The translations under genes and the position numbers were made by a program. From positions 448 to 64,447 of the forward strand of contig CALWKX010000036.1 of assembly GCA_944381375.1 (NCBI GenBank): a DNA stretch of 64,000 nucleotides, in the 5' to 3' direction. The stretch comes from an uncultured Lachnospiraceae bacterium (GTDB lineage: Bacteria > Bacillota > Clostridia > Eubacteriales > Anaerofustaceae). Below, piece after piece: positions 26,517 through 36,402 of the stretch; position 1 is the stretch's first letter, and every line of letters begins with the position of its first letter. Under the pieces are notes generated by a model. It made no database searches. It was not told the origin of the DNA and saw only the letters and a program-made list of their open reading frames with translations.

Positions 26517-29123
26517 TTATTTTTTTATTTGTATAAATAGAGTTTCAGAATCGCTGTCAATTAACAGCGTATCATCCGGTTCAATATCTCCGGCTATTAT
26601 CGTTTTTGCGACCATCGTTTCAACATTATGCTGTACATATCGTTTTAATGGCCTTGCTCCATAAACAGGATCATAACCGTTTTCAATGATGAAAGATTTT
26701 GCTCTGTCAGTCAATTCGAGCTTAAGCTCCTTTTCTTTCAAACGCTCAGCTAATTTATCTATTATCAGATCAAGTATTTTTGTTATCTCGTCTTTCATGA
26801 GAGGCTTATAAAACACTATTTCATCCAATCTGTTCAAAAACTCAGGTCTGAATGATTGTTTTAAAAGTTCGTTTACCTGTTCTTTTGCATTTTGCGTAAT
26901 AATGCCGTTTGAGTCGATTCCTTCAAGCAGATAATGCGAACCTAAATTTGAAGTCATTATAATTATCGTATTTTTAAAAGATACTGTTCTGCCTTGAGAA
27001 TCTGTGATTCTTCCGTCATCAAGCACTTGCAGCAAAACGTTAAATACATCCGGATGAGCTTTTTCAATTTCATCAAACAGCACAACACTGTACGGTTTTC
27101 TTCTTACAGCTTCCGTAAGCTGGCCGCCTTCATCATAGCCTACATACCCCGGAGGCGCTCCTATCAGTCTTGATACAGAAAATTTCTCCATATATTCGCT
27201 CATATCGATGCGTACAAGATTGTTTTCATCATCAAACAACGTGGCTGCAAGTGTTTTTGCAAGCTCGGTTTTTCCTACTCCTGTCGGTCCTAAAAACATA
27301 AATGAACCTATAGGTCTGTTTGGATCGTTTATGCCTGCTTTTGAACGTATAATAGCTTCTGCAACGCTTTTGACAGCCTCATCTTGGCCGATTACTCTTT
27401 TATGCAAAGTATTTTCAAGATTCATGAGTTTGTGTTTTTCGCCTTCAAGCAGCTTATTTACAGGTATGCCGGTCCATCTCGTAACAATACGCGCTATTTC
27501 ATCGTCAGTTACGGTATCTCTTAACAAAGATTGCCCGCTTTTAACGCTGTCGGCGATTGCTTCCTCTTCTTCAAGCTGTTTTTTTAATTCCGGCAGCTTG
27601 CCATATTTAAGCTCGGCAGCTTTGTTTAAGTTGTAAGTTCTCTGAGCAGTGTCTATTTCATTGTTTGTTTTTTCTATTTCTTCTTTGAGCTTTCTGACTT
27701 TGGTGATAGCATTCTTTTCATTTTCCCATTTTGCATGCATAGCCTTAAATTGCTCTTTCAGCTCAGCCGATTCTTTACGGATCTCTTCCAAATGTTCTTT
27801 TGAGAATTTATCAGTTTCTTTTTTAAGCGCAGCTTCTTCAATTTCGAGCTGCATTATTTTACGGGAGATTTCATCGAGTTCAACCGGCATGGAATCTATT
27901 TCTGTTCTTATCATTGCGCAGGCTTCATCGATTAAGTCGATAGCTTTATCCGGCAGAAATCTGTCAGTTATATACCTGTGGGAAAGTGTTGCTGCTGCAA
28001 TTAATGCTTGGTCTTGTATTTTTACTCCATGAAAGACTTCATAACGTTCTTTTAGACCTCTCAAAATTGATATAGTGTCTTCTACCGTCGGTTCATCTAC
28101 CATTACAGGCTGAAAACGTCTTTCTAAAGCAGCGTCCTTTTCGATGTATTGTCTGTATTCTTCAAGAGTCGTCGCGCCAATGCAATGCAGTTCTCCTCTT
28201 GCAAGCATAGGTTTGAGCAAGTTGCCTGCGTCCATAGCTCCGTCAGTTTTGCCTGCTCCGACTATAGTGTGAAGCTCATCAATAAAAAGAAGAATTTTCC
28301 CTTCGCTTTTTTTGATTTCATTAAGAACTGCTTTCAGCCTTTCTTCAAATTCTCCTCTGAATTTTGCGCCTGCTATCAAAGATCCCATGTCCAGAGAAAA
28401 AACTTGCCTGTCTTTTAAGCTGTTTGGCACATCGCCTCGCACTATCCTCAAAGCAAGACCTTCTACTATTGCTGTTTTACCAACGCCGGGTTCTCCTATT
28501 AACACAGGGTTGTTTTTGGTTTTTCTGGATAAAATACGGATCAGATTTCTTATTTCACTGTCTCTGCCTATTACCGGATCAAGTTTGTTTTCTCTTGCAA
28601 GCGCCACAAGATCCTGCCCGTATTTTTCCAAAGCGCCGTATGTGTCCTCCGGATTGTCGGTTGTCACTCTCGTATTGCCTCTGAGGGAAACAAGGGCTTT
28701 TAAAAACTTGCTTTCAGTAATGTCATATGAATTGAATAAGTTTTTGATGGCCGAATTTGCTTTGTTTATCAATCCTATCATCAAATGTTCAACGGAAATA
28801 TATTCGTCTTTCATTTGAGAGGCTTTTTGTTCTGCATAATTCAATGCTTCGTCGACGTCTGATGAGATATAGATTCTGTTTGCTTCTCGAGCGGACGAAG
28901 TGGCTCGTGGAAGCTTTTCCACTTCTTCGTTTGCCGATGCTCTTACTTTTTGCACATCTATCGACATTTTTGTCAGTAGCTGAGGTATGAGGCCGTTTTG
29001 CTGATTCATCAAAGCCGCAAGCAAATGCTGCTGTTCCATTTGCGGATTACTGTTTTCTAATGATAATTTTTGTGCATTTTGTATTACTTCTATAGATTTC
29101 TGTGTTAATTTTTGCATGTTCAT
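26517..29123 (-). CDS. clpB: ATP-dependent chaperone ClpB
   Basis: 868 aa. Two AAA+ modules (GEPGVGKTA and GPTGVGKTE) are separated by the long coiled-coil M-domain. A Clp_N repeat is at the N-terminus. Confidence 0.95.
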   Translation of the reverse strand: MNMQKLTQKSIEVIQNAQKLSLENSNPQMEQQHLLAALMNQQNGLIPQLLTKMSIDVQKVRASANEEVEKLPRATSSAREANRIYISSDVDEALNYAEQKASQMKDEYISVEHLMIGLINKANSAIKNLFNSYDITESKFLKALVSLRGNTRVTTDNPEDTYGALEKYGQDLVALARENKLDPVIGRDSEIRNLIRILSRKTKNNPVLIGEPGVGKTAIVEGLALRIVRGDVPNSLKDRQVFSLDMGSLIAGAKFRGEFEERLKAVLNEIKKSEGKILLFIDELHTIVGAGKTDGAMDAGNLLKPMLARGELHCIGATTLEEYRQYIEKDAALERRFQPVMVDEPTVEDTISILRGLKERYEVFHGVKIQDQALIAAATLSHRYITDRFLPDKAIDLIDEACAMIRTEIDSMPVELDEISRKIMQLEIEEAALKKETDKFSKEHLEEIRKESAELKEQFKAMHAKWENEKNAITKVRKLKEEIEKTNNEIDTAQRTYNLNKAAELKYGKLPELKKQLEEEEAIADSVKSGQSLLRDTVTDDEIARIVTRWTGIPVNKLLEGEKHKLMNLENTLHKRVIGQDEAVKSVAEAIIRSKAGINDPNRPIGSFMFLGPTGVGKTELAKTLAATLFDDENNLVRIDMSEYMEKFSVSRLIGAPPGYVGYDEGGQLTEAVRRKPYSVVLFDEIEKAHPDVFNVLLQVLDDGRITDSQGRTVSFKNTIIIMTSNLGSHYLLEGIDSNGIITQNAKEQVNELLKQSFRPEFLNRLDEIVFYKPLMKDEITKILDLIIDKLAERLKEKELKLELTDRAKSFIIENGYDPVYGARPLKRYVQHNVETMVAKTIIAGDIEPDDTLLIDSDSETLFIQIKK

Positions 29124-29794
29124 ATATTTTTATCCTCCTGGAGTTGATCACTTTCAATTTCATATATATATTTTTTATATATAGTCGCTATTAATTCGTA
29201 AATATCTTTTTTTTCTTTGTTGTTGAAATATAATTTCAGCGCTTTGTCAGTTGTGCGTATATATAAAGCTATAGCTTCAGCCAAGCTCTCATCAGAATAA
29301 TCATTTTCACCCTGCGATAAATATCGTATATATGACGACTGCTTCATTTCTGCTAATAAAACGCCGTTGTTAAAAGCTGAAAAATTATTTTCAATTGATT
29401 GCCATATCTCATAAAAAGCATTTAAATCATCTATAAGGTTTTTACTTTTGGTTCTGGCGCATATTTTAATTTGACCTACAGCTTCACCGTATACTTTATG
29501 CAATACGATTTTATATCGTATGGTAGGATTATATTTATATTCAAGTGCGCTGTTGATTGTCAGCATACTGTCAGAAGATGAAAAAGCTTTCTGAAATGAG
29601 GAATATCCTTCAAAGTGTTTTTCGATATATCCATATATATTTTTAAGCTTTTGCTCAGGCGTCTCCAAAGACAAAAATTCTGCAAGTATATTGTTAATCA
29701 TCGCAGAACGGCTCATAGAATTAGCATAAGCAAGTCTGTCTATTTGTTTTATAATTTCATCAGATAACAATATACTGTAAACGCTTTTCTTCAT
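29120..29794 (-). CDS. ribbon-helix-helix (CopG-like) domain protein, 224 aa
   Basis: The N-terminus KSVYSILLSDEIIKQIDRLAYANSMSRSAMINNILAEFL fits the RHH beta-alpha-alpha pattern. Its stop overlaps the clpB start (ATGA). Confidence 0.65.
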   Translation of the reverse strand: MKKSVYSILLSDEIIKQIDRLAYANSMSRSAMINNILAEFLSLETPEQKLKNIYGYIEKHFEGYSSFQKAFSSSDSMLTINSALEYKYNPTIRYKIVLHKVYGEAVGQIKICARTKSKNLIDDLNAFYEIWQSIENNFSAFNNGVLLAEMKQSSYIRYLSQGENDYSDESLAEAIALYIRTTDKALKLYFNNKEKKDIYELIATIYKKYIYEIESDQLQEDKNI

Positions 29795-29811
29795 AGTTGC
29801 CTCCGAGAATT

Positions 29812-29840
29812 ATTGTATATCATATGTAATAATTTGTCAA
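29812..29840 (-). promoter_or_regulatory. putative sigma-A promoter of the RHH-clpB operon
   Basis: The minus strand reads TTGACA (29840-29835), a 17-nt spacer, then TACAAT (29817-29812). Confidence 0.4.
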
Positions 29841-30209
29841 TAATATTATATAATTTTATTTGCAAATTATTTATATTGCGCAGTTAAATAATGTTGCTTT
29901 GTTAGATAAGCGTTAACTGAATAATAGTATTATTTTGAAAGTATAATTAAAACTATGTATTTATATAATGCTCAATCGAAATGCATATCTTTTGCAATAT
30001 CTGCTATTTCTTATTATTCAATTTAAAAGCGCTCATTAAAATAAATAAAAAATGAATTCATTAAAAAATAGTTAAAAACTTATTATTCACTTTAAAAATA
30101 AGAAATGTAACTCGAATCGCATCTTTTTGCAAAAAAAGATAATTTAATTTGAAAATAATTAACAACTGTGATATAATTTCAATTCGTAAATATAATGGAG
30201 GTTAAGATA

Positions 30210-30455
30210 ATGCAGACTGTTTTGTCCATTATCGTGTTTGCTGCAAGCCTGGTGTTAATAATATCGGTTCTTTTACAGGAAGGAAAAGATGCCGGCATGG
30301 GCAGTACAGTAGGAGGAAATACTGATGTGCTTTTTGGTAAAAATAAAGCGCGCGGAATGCAGCCTATGCTTCAGCGAATTACGATAATCGCTAGCATTAT
30401 TTTTATGCTGTCAGTTCTCGTGATGGATATATTGCTTAGAATTGCAGCTAAATGA
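30210..30455 (+). CDS. secG: preprotein translocase subunit SecG
   Basis: Two-TM small protein with the motif LLQEGKDAGMGSTVGG. GGAGG RBS 7 nt upstream of the ATG at 30210. Confidence 0.85.
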   Translation: MQTVLSIIVFAASLVLIISVLLQEGKDAGMGSTVGGNTDVLFGKNKARGMQPMLQRITIIASIIFMLSVLVMDILLRIAAK

Positions 30456-30477
30456 TGAATAAAAGGGGAAAAATGAA

Positions 30478-32496
30478 ATGGACTTATTACTTTATCTTGT
30501 ACCGGTTGTAGGTGTGCTGGCCTTATGTGTTGCGGCTTTATACGCTGCAGGCATAGGGAAAAAAGACGCCGGAACAGATCGAATGAAAGAAATAGCGTCT
30601 TATATCCATGAAGGAGCTATGGCTTTTCTAATGAGTGAATATAAATGGATCGCGATATTTGTTATTGTGCTGTTTATTATATTAGCTATTGCGTTAAGCC
30701 TTGCAACTGCTCTTTGCTTTTTGTTTGGCGCTTTGCTTTCAATATTGGCAGGATTTTTCGGAATGCAGGTTGCTACAAAGGCAAACGTCAGAACTGCTGC
30801 CGCCGCTCGTACAAGCGGTCTTACCGGAGCTTTGAAAATAGCCTTCAACGGCGGAGCCGTTATGGGTTTATGCGTAGTCGGACTTGGTGTTTTCGGTGTT
30901 TGCATTTCTTATTTGTTCTTGAGAAATACTGACGCAACAGTCATGAGCACGCTCAGCGGTTTTAGTTTTGGAGCTTCTTCTATAGCGCTTTTTGCTCGTG
31001 TTGGAGGCGGTATATATACAAAGGCTGCTGACGTTGGCGCTGACCTCGTAGGAAAGGTTGAGGCGGGTATACCTGAGGACGATCCTCGCAATCCTGCGGT
31101 TATAGCGGATAATGTAGGGGATAACGTAGGTGATGTAGCCGGAATGGGCGCTGATTTATATGAGTCGTATGTAGGCTCGATTATTTCGGCTATGACTTTG
31201 GGAGCAGTCCTTGTCAGTACTGGATTAAGCGGAGCTATTATATTGCCGCTTGCTTTATCTGCAGCGGGTATTATCGCATCAATTATTGGTACGCTGTTCG
31301 TAAGGGGCAAGGAAGGATCCGATCCGCATAAGGCTCTAAACATGGGTACTTATGTATCTGGAATAATTGTAATCATAGCTTCATTTTTCCTTACGAAATT
31401 TCTCCTTAAGGAAATGACGTATTTCATACCCATTATTGCCGGATTGGCTGTTGGTATTTTGATAGGAAAAATAACTGAGGTTTATACTTCAGATAAGTAT
31501 CGTCATGTTAAGAAAATAGCTGATCAAAGCGAAACCGGCCCTGCTACAACAATTATTTCAGGTTTGGCTGTTGGAATGGAGTCTACTTTGTTCCCTGTTT
31601 TGTGCATATGTGTAGCGATATTTATTTCTTACTATTTTGGAGGACTTTACGGTATCGCCCTTTCCGCAGTAGGAATGCTTTCTACATCAGGCATGACTAT
31701 AGCCGTTGACGCATATGGACCTATAGCCGACAATGCGGGTGGTATATCAGAAATGTCCGAACTTGAGCCTCAGGTAAGAGAAATTACCGACAAACTTGAT
31801 TCCGTTGGTAACACGACTGCTGCAATAGGTAAAGGTTTTGCAATAGGCTCTGCTGCGCTTACTGCATTAGCATTGTTTGCTTCTTTCGCAGAGTCCGTAG
31901 GTTTGCTTCCTGCTGATATGTCGATTATGCAGCCAACTGTACTTATAGGTATGCTGATAGGCGGCATGCTGCCTTATCTTTTCAGCGCTCTTACAATGAG
32001 TGCGGTAGGTAAAGCTGCCAATCAAATGATTGATGAAGTTCGTCGTCAATTCAGAGAAAAGCCTGGTATTATGGAAGGAAAGGATAAGCCTGATTATTCT
32101 AAGTGTGTTGCGATTTCAACCAAGGCTGCAATCAAAGAAATGATTGTCCCGGGTCTTATCGCGATTATCGCACCTCTTGCTGTAGGATTTATTCTCGGCA
32201 AAGCTGCTCTTGCGGGGCTTCTTGCCGGAAGCGTTGTAACCGGAGTTTTGGTTGCAATTCAAATGTCAAACTCTGGAGGCGCATGGGATAATGCCAAAAA
32301 GTATATAGAAGGCGGAGCTCATGGCGGCAAAGGCAGTCCTGCGCATATGGCAGCGGTAGTCGGAGATACTGTCGGCGATCCGTTTAAAGATACATCAGGT
32401 CCTTCGCTTAATATACTTATTAAGTTGATGACAATAGTATCGCTCGTATTCGCTCCATTGTTTACATCATCGTTAATTGATTTATTAATAAAATAA
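30478..32496 (+). CDS. hppA: membrane-integral ion-translocating pyrophosphatase
   Basis: 672 aa and highly hydrophobic. Contains the signature [36 protein letters not shown] and [11 protein letters not shown] motifs. Confidence 0.95.
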   Translation: MDLLLYLVPVVGVLALCVAALYAAGIGKKDAGTDRMKEIASYIHEGAMAFLMSEYKWIAIFVIVLFIILAIALSLATALCFLFGALLSILAGFFGMQVATKANVRTAAAARTSGLTGALKIAFNGGAVMGLCVVGLGVFGVCISYLFLRNTDATVMSTLSGFSFGASSIALFARVGGGIYTKAADVGADLVGKVEAGIPEDDPRNPAVIADNVGDNVGDVAGMGADLYESYVGSIISAMTLGAVLVSTGLSGAIILPLALSAAGIIASIIGTLFVRGKEGSDPHKALNMGTYVSGIIVIIASFFLTKFLLKEMTYFIPIIAGLAVGILIGKITEVYTSDKYRHVKKIADQSETGPATTIISGLAVGMESTLFPVLCICVAIFISYYFGGLYGIALSAVGMLSTSGMTIAVDAYGPIADNAGGISEMSELEPQVREITDKLDSVGNTTAAIGKGFAIGSAALTALALFASFAESVGLLPADMSIMQPTVLIGMLIGGMLPYLFSALTMSAVGKAANQMIDEVRRQFREKPGIMEGKDKPDYSKCVAISTKAAIKEMIVPGLIAIIAPLAVGFILGKAALAGLLAGSVVTGVLVAIQMSNSGGAWDNAKKYIEGGAHGGKGSPAHMAAVVGDTVGDPFKDTSGPSLNILIKLMTIVSLVFAPLFTSSLIDLLIK

Positions 32497-32500
32497 AAAT

Positions 32501-32530
32501 AAAAAGGCAGGTAGTTATACCTGCCTTTTT
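32501..32530 (+). terminator. rho-independent terminator after hppA
   Basis: AAAAAGGCAGGTA / TACCTGCCTTTTT perfect stem with a T-run. Confidence 0.85.
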
Positions 32531-32646
32531 AGATTGACGCCGTTATGGTAGTTATGAATGATAAAGCTTGAACAAACAGCAAAATATTATTTAGAATTAT
32601 ATTATTGACTATCAATGATAATTTTGCTAAACTATTAAAGCTGTGT

Positions 32647-32731
32647 GCGGATATGGCGGAATTGGCAGACGCGCCAGATTTAGGATCTGGTACTGTAAAG
32701 TGTGTAGGTTCAAATCCTATTATCCGCACCA
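32647..32731 (+). tRNA. tRNA-Leu (anticodon TAG), encoded CCA
   Basis: Acceptor stem GCGGATA/TATCCGC. Anticodon stem CCAGA/TCTGG with loop TTTAGGA. Long variable arm. GGTTCAAATCC T-loop. Confidence 0.9.
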
Positions 32732-32905
32732 TGATGAATTGTTTCGTATGCTGTATTGAATTAGTTTCATTTATTATTGCAACATTAATGAGATTCAATA
32801 ATATAAAAGCCTGTAAGTATTAAAACCTTCAGGCTTTAATTATTGACATAATAGTAACAAGTTACTATTATTAATATTATAAATATTTGTTATCTGGAGC
32901 GGCTT

Positions 32906-33385
32906 ATGATTTCCAAACTGCTTGAGAAATACGATTGTGATACCGAACATCGCATACAGGCTATTTTTAGCAGTATTTTTATTCAGAAAAATCGTTTGCA
33001 AACAGCTTGTGAGAAGATTCAGGGAGAAATATCCATGAAGCAATGGCTGCTTCTGGCTATGCTTGAATGTTGTCCTAAACCTAAAACTCTTACAAATGTT
33101 GGCCGATTAATGGGTTGTTCTCGTCAAAATGTCAAAAAGTTAGCGAATATCCTTGAAAAAAAAAGATATTTGACTATGACAAGCGGGAGCAATAATTCCA
33201 TTTGTTTAGACAAAACTAATAAAGTCGAAGCTTACTCAAAAGAAATAAGTAATCGCCGGCAGGATACTCTGGATTTACTGTTTTTGGATTTTACGGAAGA
33301 AGAGATCCGTGAATTATTTAAATATATTAAAAAGCTATATGCCGGTATAGAGCGCGTGGAAGATTATTCTGATACTTTTGTTTAA
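32906..33385 (+). CDS. MarR-family transcriptional regulator
   Basis: Winged-helix segment ISMKQWLLLAMLECCPKPKTLTNVGRLMGCSRQNVKKLANILEKKRYL. Confidence 0.8.
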   Translation: MISKLLEKYDCDTEHRIQAIFSSIFIQKNRLQTACEKIQGEISMKQWLLLAMLECCPKPKTLTNVGRLMGCSRQNVKKLANILEKKRYLTMTSGSNNSICLDKTNKVEAYSKEISNRRQDTLDLLFLDFTEEEIRELFKYIKKLYAGIERVEDYSDTFV

Positions 33386-33395
33386 GGAGGAAAAT

Positions 33396-33947
33396 ATGAA
33401 AATAATTGTTACATATTCTTCAAAATATGGCATGACCGAAAAATATGCGAAGTGGATTTCGCATGATCTGTCTTGTGTGATGAAGGATATCAAAACTGTT
33501 AACGCAAATATAATTGGCAACTACGATGTTATAATACACGGCGGAGGTCTTTATGCCGGAGGTTTAAGCGGGCTGAATAGACTTAAGCAATGGTTTCCCA
33601 TCATTGAAGGTAAGCATATTATTTTATTTTCATGCGGTCTCGCAGATCCTGATGACGCGGAAAATGTTATTCATATTGAAAATAGTTTGAAAAAAGTTCT
33701 TTATCCGGAAATGAAAAATGTTATCAAACAATATCATTTTAGGGGAGGTATCGATTATAGCCGCCTCAATTTCGTTCATAGATCCATGATGTCAATGCTG
33801 TGTCATACTATGAAAAAGAAAGGTTATGAAAACCTCCGCGACGAGGATAAATTGATGATAGATACTTATGGGAAAGCGGTTGATTTTTCAGATCGGACAA
33901 CTATTGCTCCATTGATAGAATATGTAAATTCGCTTTCTGATATGTAA
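33396..33947 (+). CDS. flavodoxin-domain protein (HemG-like flavodoxin family)
   Basis: MKIIVTYSSKYGMTEKYAKWI is a flavodoxin-like phosphate-binding N-terminus. AAGGAGG RBS. I prefer the internal ATG at 33396. Confidence 0.75.
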   Translation: MKIIVTYSSKYGMTEKYAKWISHDLSCVMKDIKTVNANIIGNYDVIIHGGGLYAGGLSGLNRLKQWFPIIEGKHIILFSCGLADPDDAENVIHIENSLKKVLYPEMKNVIKQYHFRGGIDYSRLNFVHRSMMSMLCHTMKKKGYENLRDEDKLMIDTYGKAVDFSDRTTIAPLIEYVNSLSDM

Positions 33948-34383
33948 TATTATTTGTAAATTCATTCAGCATGGTGAATAAACCGTATAGATGCGATGAA
34001 AATTTGTTGCGATTGACATATCAATTTGAAAATGAGAATTACTTTTGCCCTCTCTTTTAAAATTGATTCATAGCTTACTGCTCAGATGAACATTATACTG
34101 AATTGTTTATCTTTTTTTCTGATATTTTGTGGAGCTAATACTTATTAGCATTATCGTGTTTTATTGTGTTTCTATTTTTACAGTAAAGATTTTTTTGTCT
34201 GTGTTTTTTTAATGGAATTAAAAAACAGCGTATAGTAATGTTTAAAAGATTAGCTTAAAGTGTGAATATTTCAGATTACTGCGTTTGACTTGCGATTATA
34301 TTTATTTGTTTTATTGCTGAGATTAGCTTGATATTGTATAATCAATAAAATAATAATTATATTTGTACATTTATATGAGAAAG

Positions 34384-34482
34384 AAAAAAAGCTTGCAATG
34401 CAAGCTTTGGTTCACCACTGTGAAACCGGATATACCGGTAAATACGGCGTAGCCTTATTTGAACTTTGTGTGTTAATCTATT
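34384..34482 (-). ncRNA. tracrRNA-like small RNA (type II CRISPR-Cas), apparently intact
   Basis: The minus strand reads ...CACAAAGTTCAAATAAGGCTACGCCGTATTTACCGGTATATCCGGTTTCACAGTGGTGAACCAAAGCTTGCATTGCAAGCTTTTTTT. The GTT(C/A)AAATAAGGCTA-N-CCGT core mirrors the S. pyogenes tracrRNA nexus (GTTAAAATAAGGCTAGTCCGT). Three perfect hairpins and a T7 terminator follow. A TTGACA-17-TAGAAT promoter lies at 34517-34489. It is divergent from the adjacent cas9 remnant. The ends are approximate. Confidence 0.55.
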
Positions 34483-34545
34483 TATATAATTCTATATTAC
34501 ATATATTTAAATGTCAATAGCAATATAAAAATGTGAGAAAAGCAA

Positions 34546-36107
34546 ATGAAAGTTAAAGAGTATTTTTTAGGTCTTGATATTGGAACAACTTCAGTAGGTT
34601 ATGCTGTGACCGATACGGATTATAATCTTGTAAAATTTAAAGGTGATGATTTATGGGGTATTCGTCTATTTGAACAAGCGCAAACGGCTCAGAATAGACG
34701 AGTCTTGCGCAATGCCCGCCGCAGAAGGGAAAGACAAAAGCAGAGAATAGCTTGGTTGCAGGAGGTTTTTGACGCGGAAATCTCTAAAACAGATCCCGGA
34801 TTTTTTCAAAGGCTTAAGGAAAGTAAATTCAGACCTGAAGATAAAGAAAATAGTGAAATGATAGGTAGATATACCTTGTTCAACGATGCGGATTATACCG
34901 ACAGTAATTTTCACGAAGAATATAAAACCATATATCATTTGCGTAAAGCGCTTATAGATGATACGTGCGCTGCGGACGCAAGGCTTGTATACTTAGCGAT
35001 ACATCACATAATGAAAAAACGCGGACATTTTATTTTTTCGAAATTTGATACGGAAGAAATTTCTTTAGATGGTGCTATTGATGAGTTAAACACTGCATTA
35101 GAAAATGAATATCCTGAAGAAGGATATGTCTTGTTCATAGAGAATAGTGAAGATTTAAATAAAATTTTATTTGACAGCGCCTCAAGTATTACAGAAAGAA
35201 AAAGAGCTTTAAAGGAATTATTTCAAAGGTTCATCTCCTTTAAGTGTTATTGTTGATTTGATTGCAGGCAGGCAAAGGTCAGGCTTTGGTCAAATCATCC
35301 GATAAGCGAATGAATATCAAGTATTACGGCGGATACAACAAATGTAAAAGCGCTTATTTCATATATGTTGAATATACTCAAAAAAATAAGCGTCAACGAT
35401 CTGTCGAAACAATTCTGCTTATAGATAAAGAAAGGTATGAAAATAATCCTGAAGAATTTTGCCGGAACGTTCTGAAGTTAGATGACGCAAAAATTCTGAT
35501 ATCTAAAATAAAAATCAACGCATTGTTATCAATCAATGGGTTCAGAGCTCATATAACTGGCAGATCAAACAACAGTTTGCTTTTGGCAAATGCGAACCAA
35601 TTTATGATATCACCTGAGGATTATGATTATCTAACATCAGTTGCAATTTTTAACACTTATTACTGTGGATATAAAGATCAAAATAAGAATGATACGGCAG
35701 ATAGTAATGAAAATGCTTTAGCATTAAAAGAAAATAATATTGCAGATATAACTGGAGTAAGCAAAGAAGGCAATGCGAAATTATACCAAATGTTTTTGCG
35801 TAAAATGAGCAGTAAACCATACATTATAAAGCGCGAAAAATTATTCCACGATCTTGCAGGCGCGGAAAGTAAATTTAATAAATGCAGTATCGCGGAGCAA
35901 TGCGTTATTTTGTCGGAAATTTTAAAATTATTTGTATGCAAAACATATTCAGCTGATTTGACCAAATTGGATCTTGCTCCCAATAGCGGGAAACTTGCAA
36001 TAGCAAAAAATATTAATACGCAAACTGAAATCAAATTGATCAACCAGTCCATAACGGGTGCGTTTGAGAATGAAATTGATCTTAATAAAGTCGGGCTTAT
36101 TAAATGA
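34546..36107 (+). pseudogene. cas9: cas9 remnant with an internal deletion of roughly 860 codons plus a frameshift
   Basis: The ORF at 34546-35256 starts MKVKEYFLGLDIGTTSVGYAV (RuvC-I catalytic Asp motif). The Arg-rich bridge helix (RRVLRNARRRRERQKQRI) and the start of the REC lobe follow. The ORF at 35262-36107, in a different frame, matches the Cas9 C-terminal PAM-interacting domain (YYGGYNK..., LINQSITGAFENEIDLNKV versus SpCas9 LIHQSITGLYETRIDLSQL). HNH, RuvC-II/III and most of REC are absent. Confidence 0.8.
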
Positions 36108-36157
36108 TATGATTAGCTGTAAAATATTAATCAGCAAAACTCTTAGAAATTTTTCAT

Positions 36158-36179
36158 AAAAAAACACCCTTTATGGGTG
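36158..36179 (-). terminator. terminator downstream of tRNA-Gln
   Basis: The minus strand reads CACCC-ATAAA-GGGTG followed by TTTTTTT. Confidence 0.65.
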
Positions 36180-36188
36180 AAGCCTGCA

Positions 36189-36264
36189 TGGCAGGGGCAG
36201 CAGGACTCGAACCTACGCATGACGGAATCAAAATCCGTTGCCTTACCGACTTGGCTATGCCCCT
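36189..36264 (-). tRNA. tRNA-Gln (anticodon TTG), encoded CCA
   Basis: The reverse complement gives AGGGGCATAGCCAAGTCGGTAAGGCAACGGATTTTGATTCCGTCATGCGTAGGTTCGAGTCCTGCTGCCCCTGCCA. The anticodon loop is TTTTGAT. Confidence 0.9.
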
Positions 36265-36402
36265 TCGTCTGATTTTTATAATTGTAAAAAAATAAAGCTT
36301 GATCACAAATTCGAGAATGATTTTATCATATCATTTTTTTAATGTCAATCAGTTTTAATAAATATAAACGCCCCGTTTATACCGGGGCGTTTATATTCGG
36401 CT

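Noticed and set aside
27208-28990. Several 77-168-aa plus-strand ORFs inside clpB, and similar antisense ORFs inside ileS, rho, hppA and the helicase gene.
   Set aside because: They are antisense to unmistakable conserved genes. Their Ser/Leu/Phe-rich low-complexity products are typical of shadow frames.
29795-30194. A search for CtsR (GGTCAAA direct repeat) or CIRCE (TTAGCACTC-N9-GAGTGCTAA) operators upstream of the RHH-clpB operon. Also noted were partially similar hairpin-like segments (around 29975-30000 and 30111-30140) in this 400-bp AT-rich spacer.
   Set aside because: No match to either consensus was seen by eye. The hairpin-like A/T-rich segments (for example ATCTTTTTGCAAAAAAAGAT) are low-complexity and cannot be distinguished from chance or from simple terminator or UP-like elements.
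32529-32823. ORFs of 89 aa (-) and 72 aa (+) overlapping the tRNA-Leu gene, and the 73-aa ORF at 57984-58205 overlapping tRNA-Gly.
   Set aside because: Each region folds into a canonical tRNA cloverleaf with an encoded CCA. The ORFs lack RBSs and simply read through the tRNA.
33948-34383. A possible degenerate CRISPR array or leader in the ~430-bp AT-rich ORF-free gap next to the tracrRNA-like gene. One example is GTTTGACTTGCGATTATATTTATTTG at ~34284, which vaguely resembles the complement of the anti-repeat.
   Set aside because: I could not find two or more regularly spaced copies of any ~36-nt unit. The single resemblance needs gaps and is within what AT-rich DNA gives by chance. No array was seen anywhere else in the window either.
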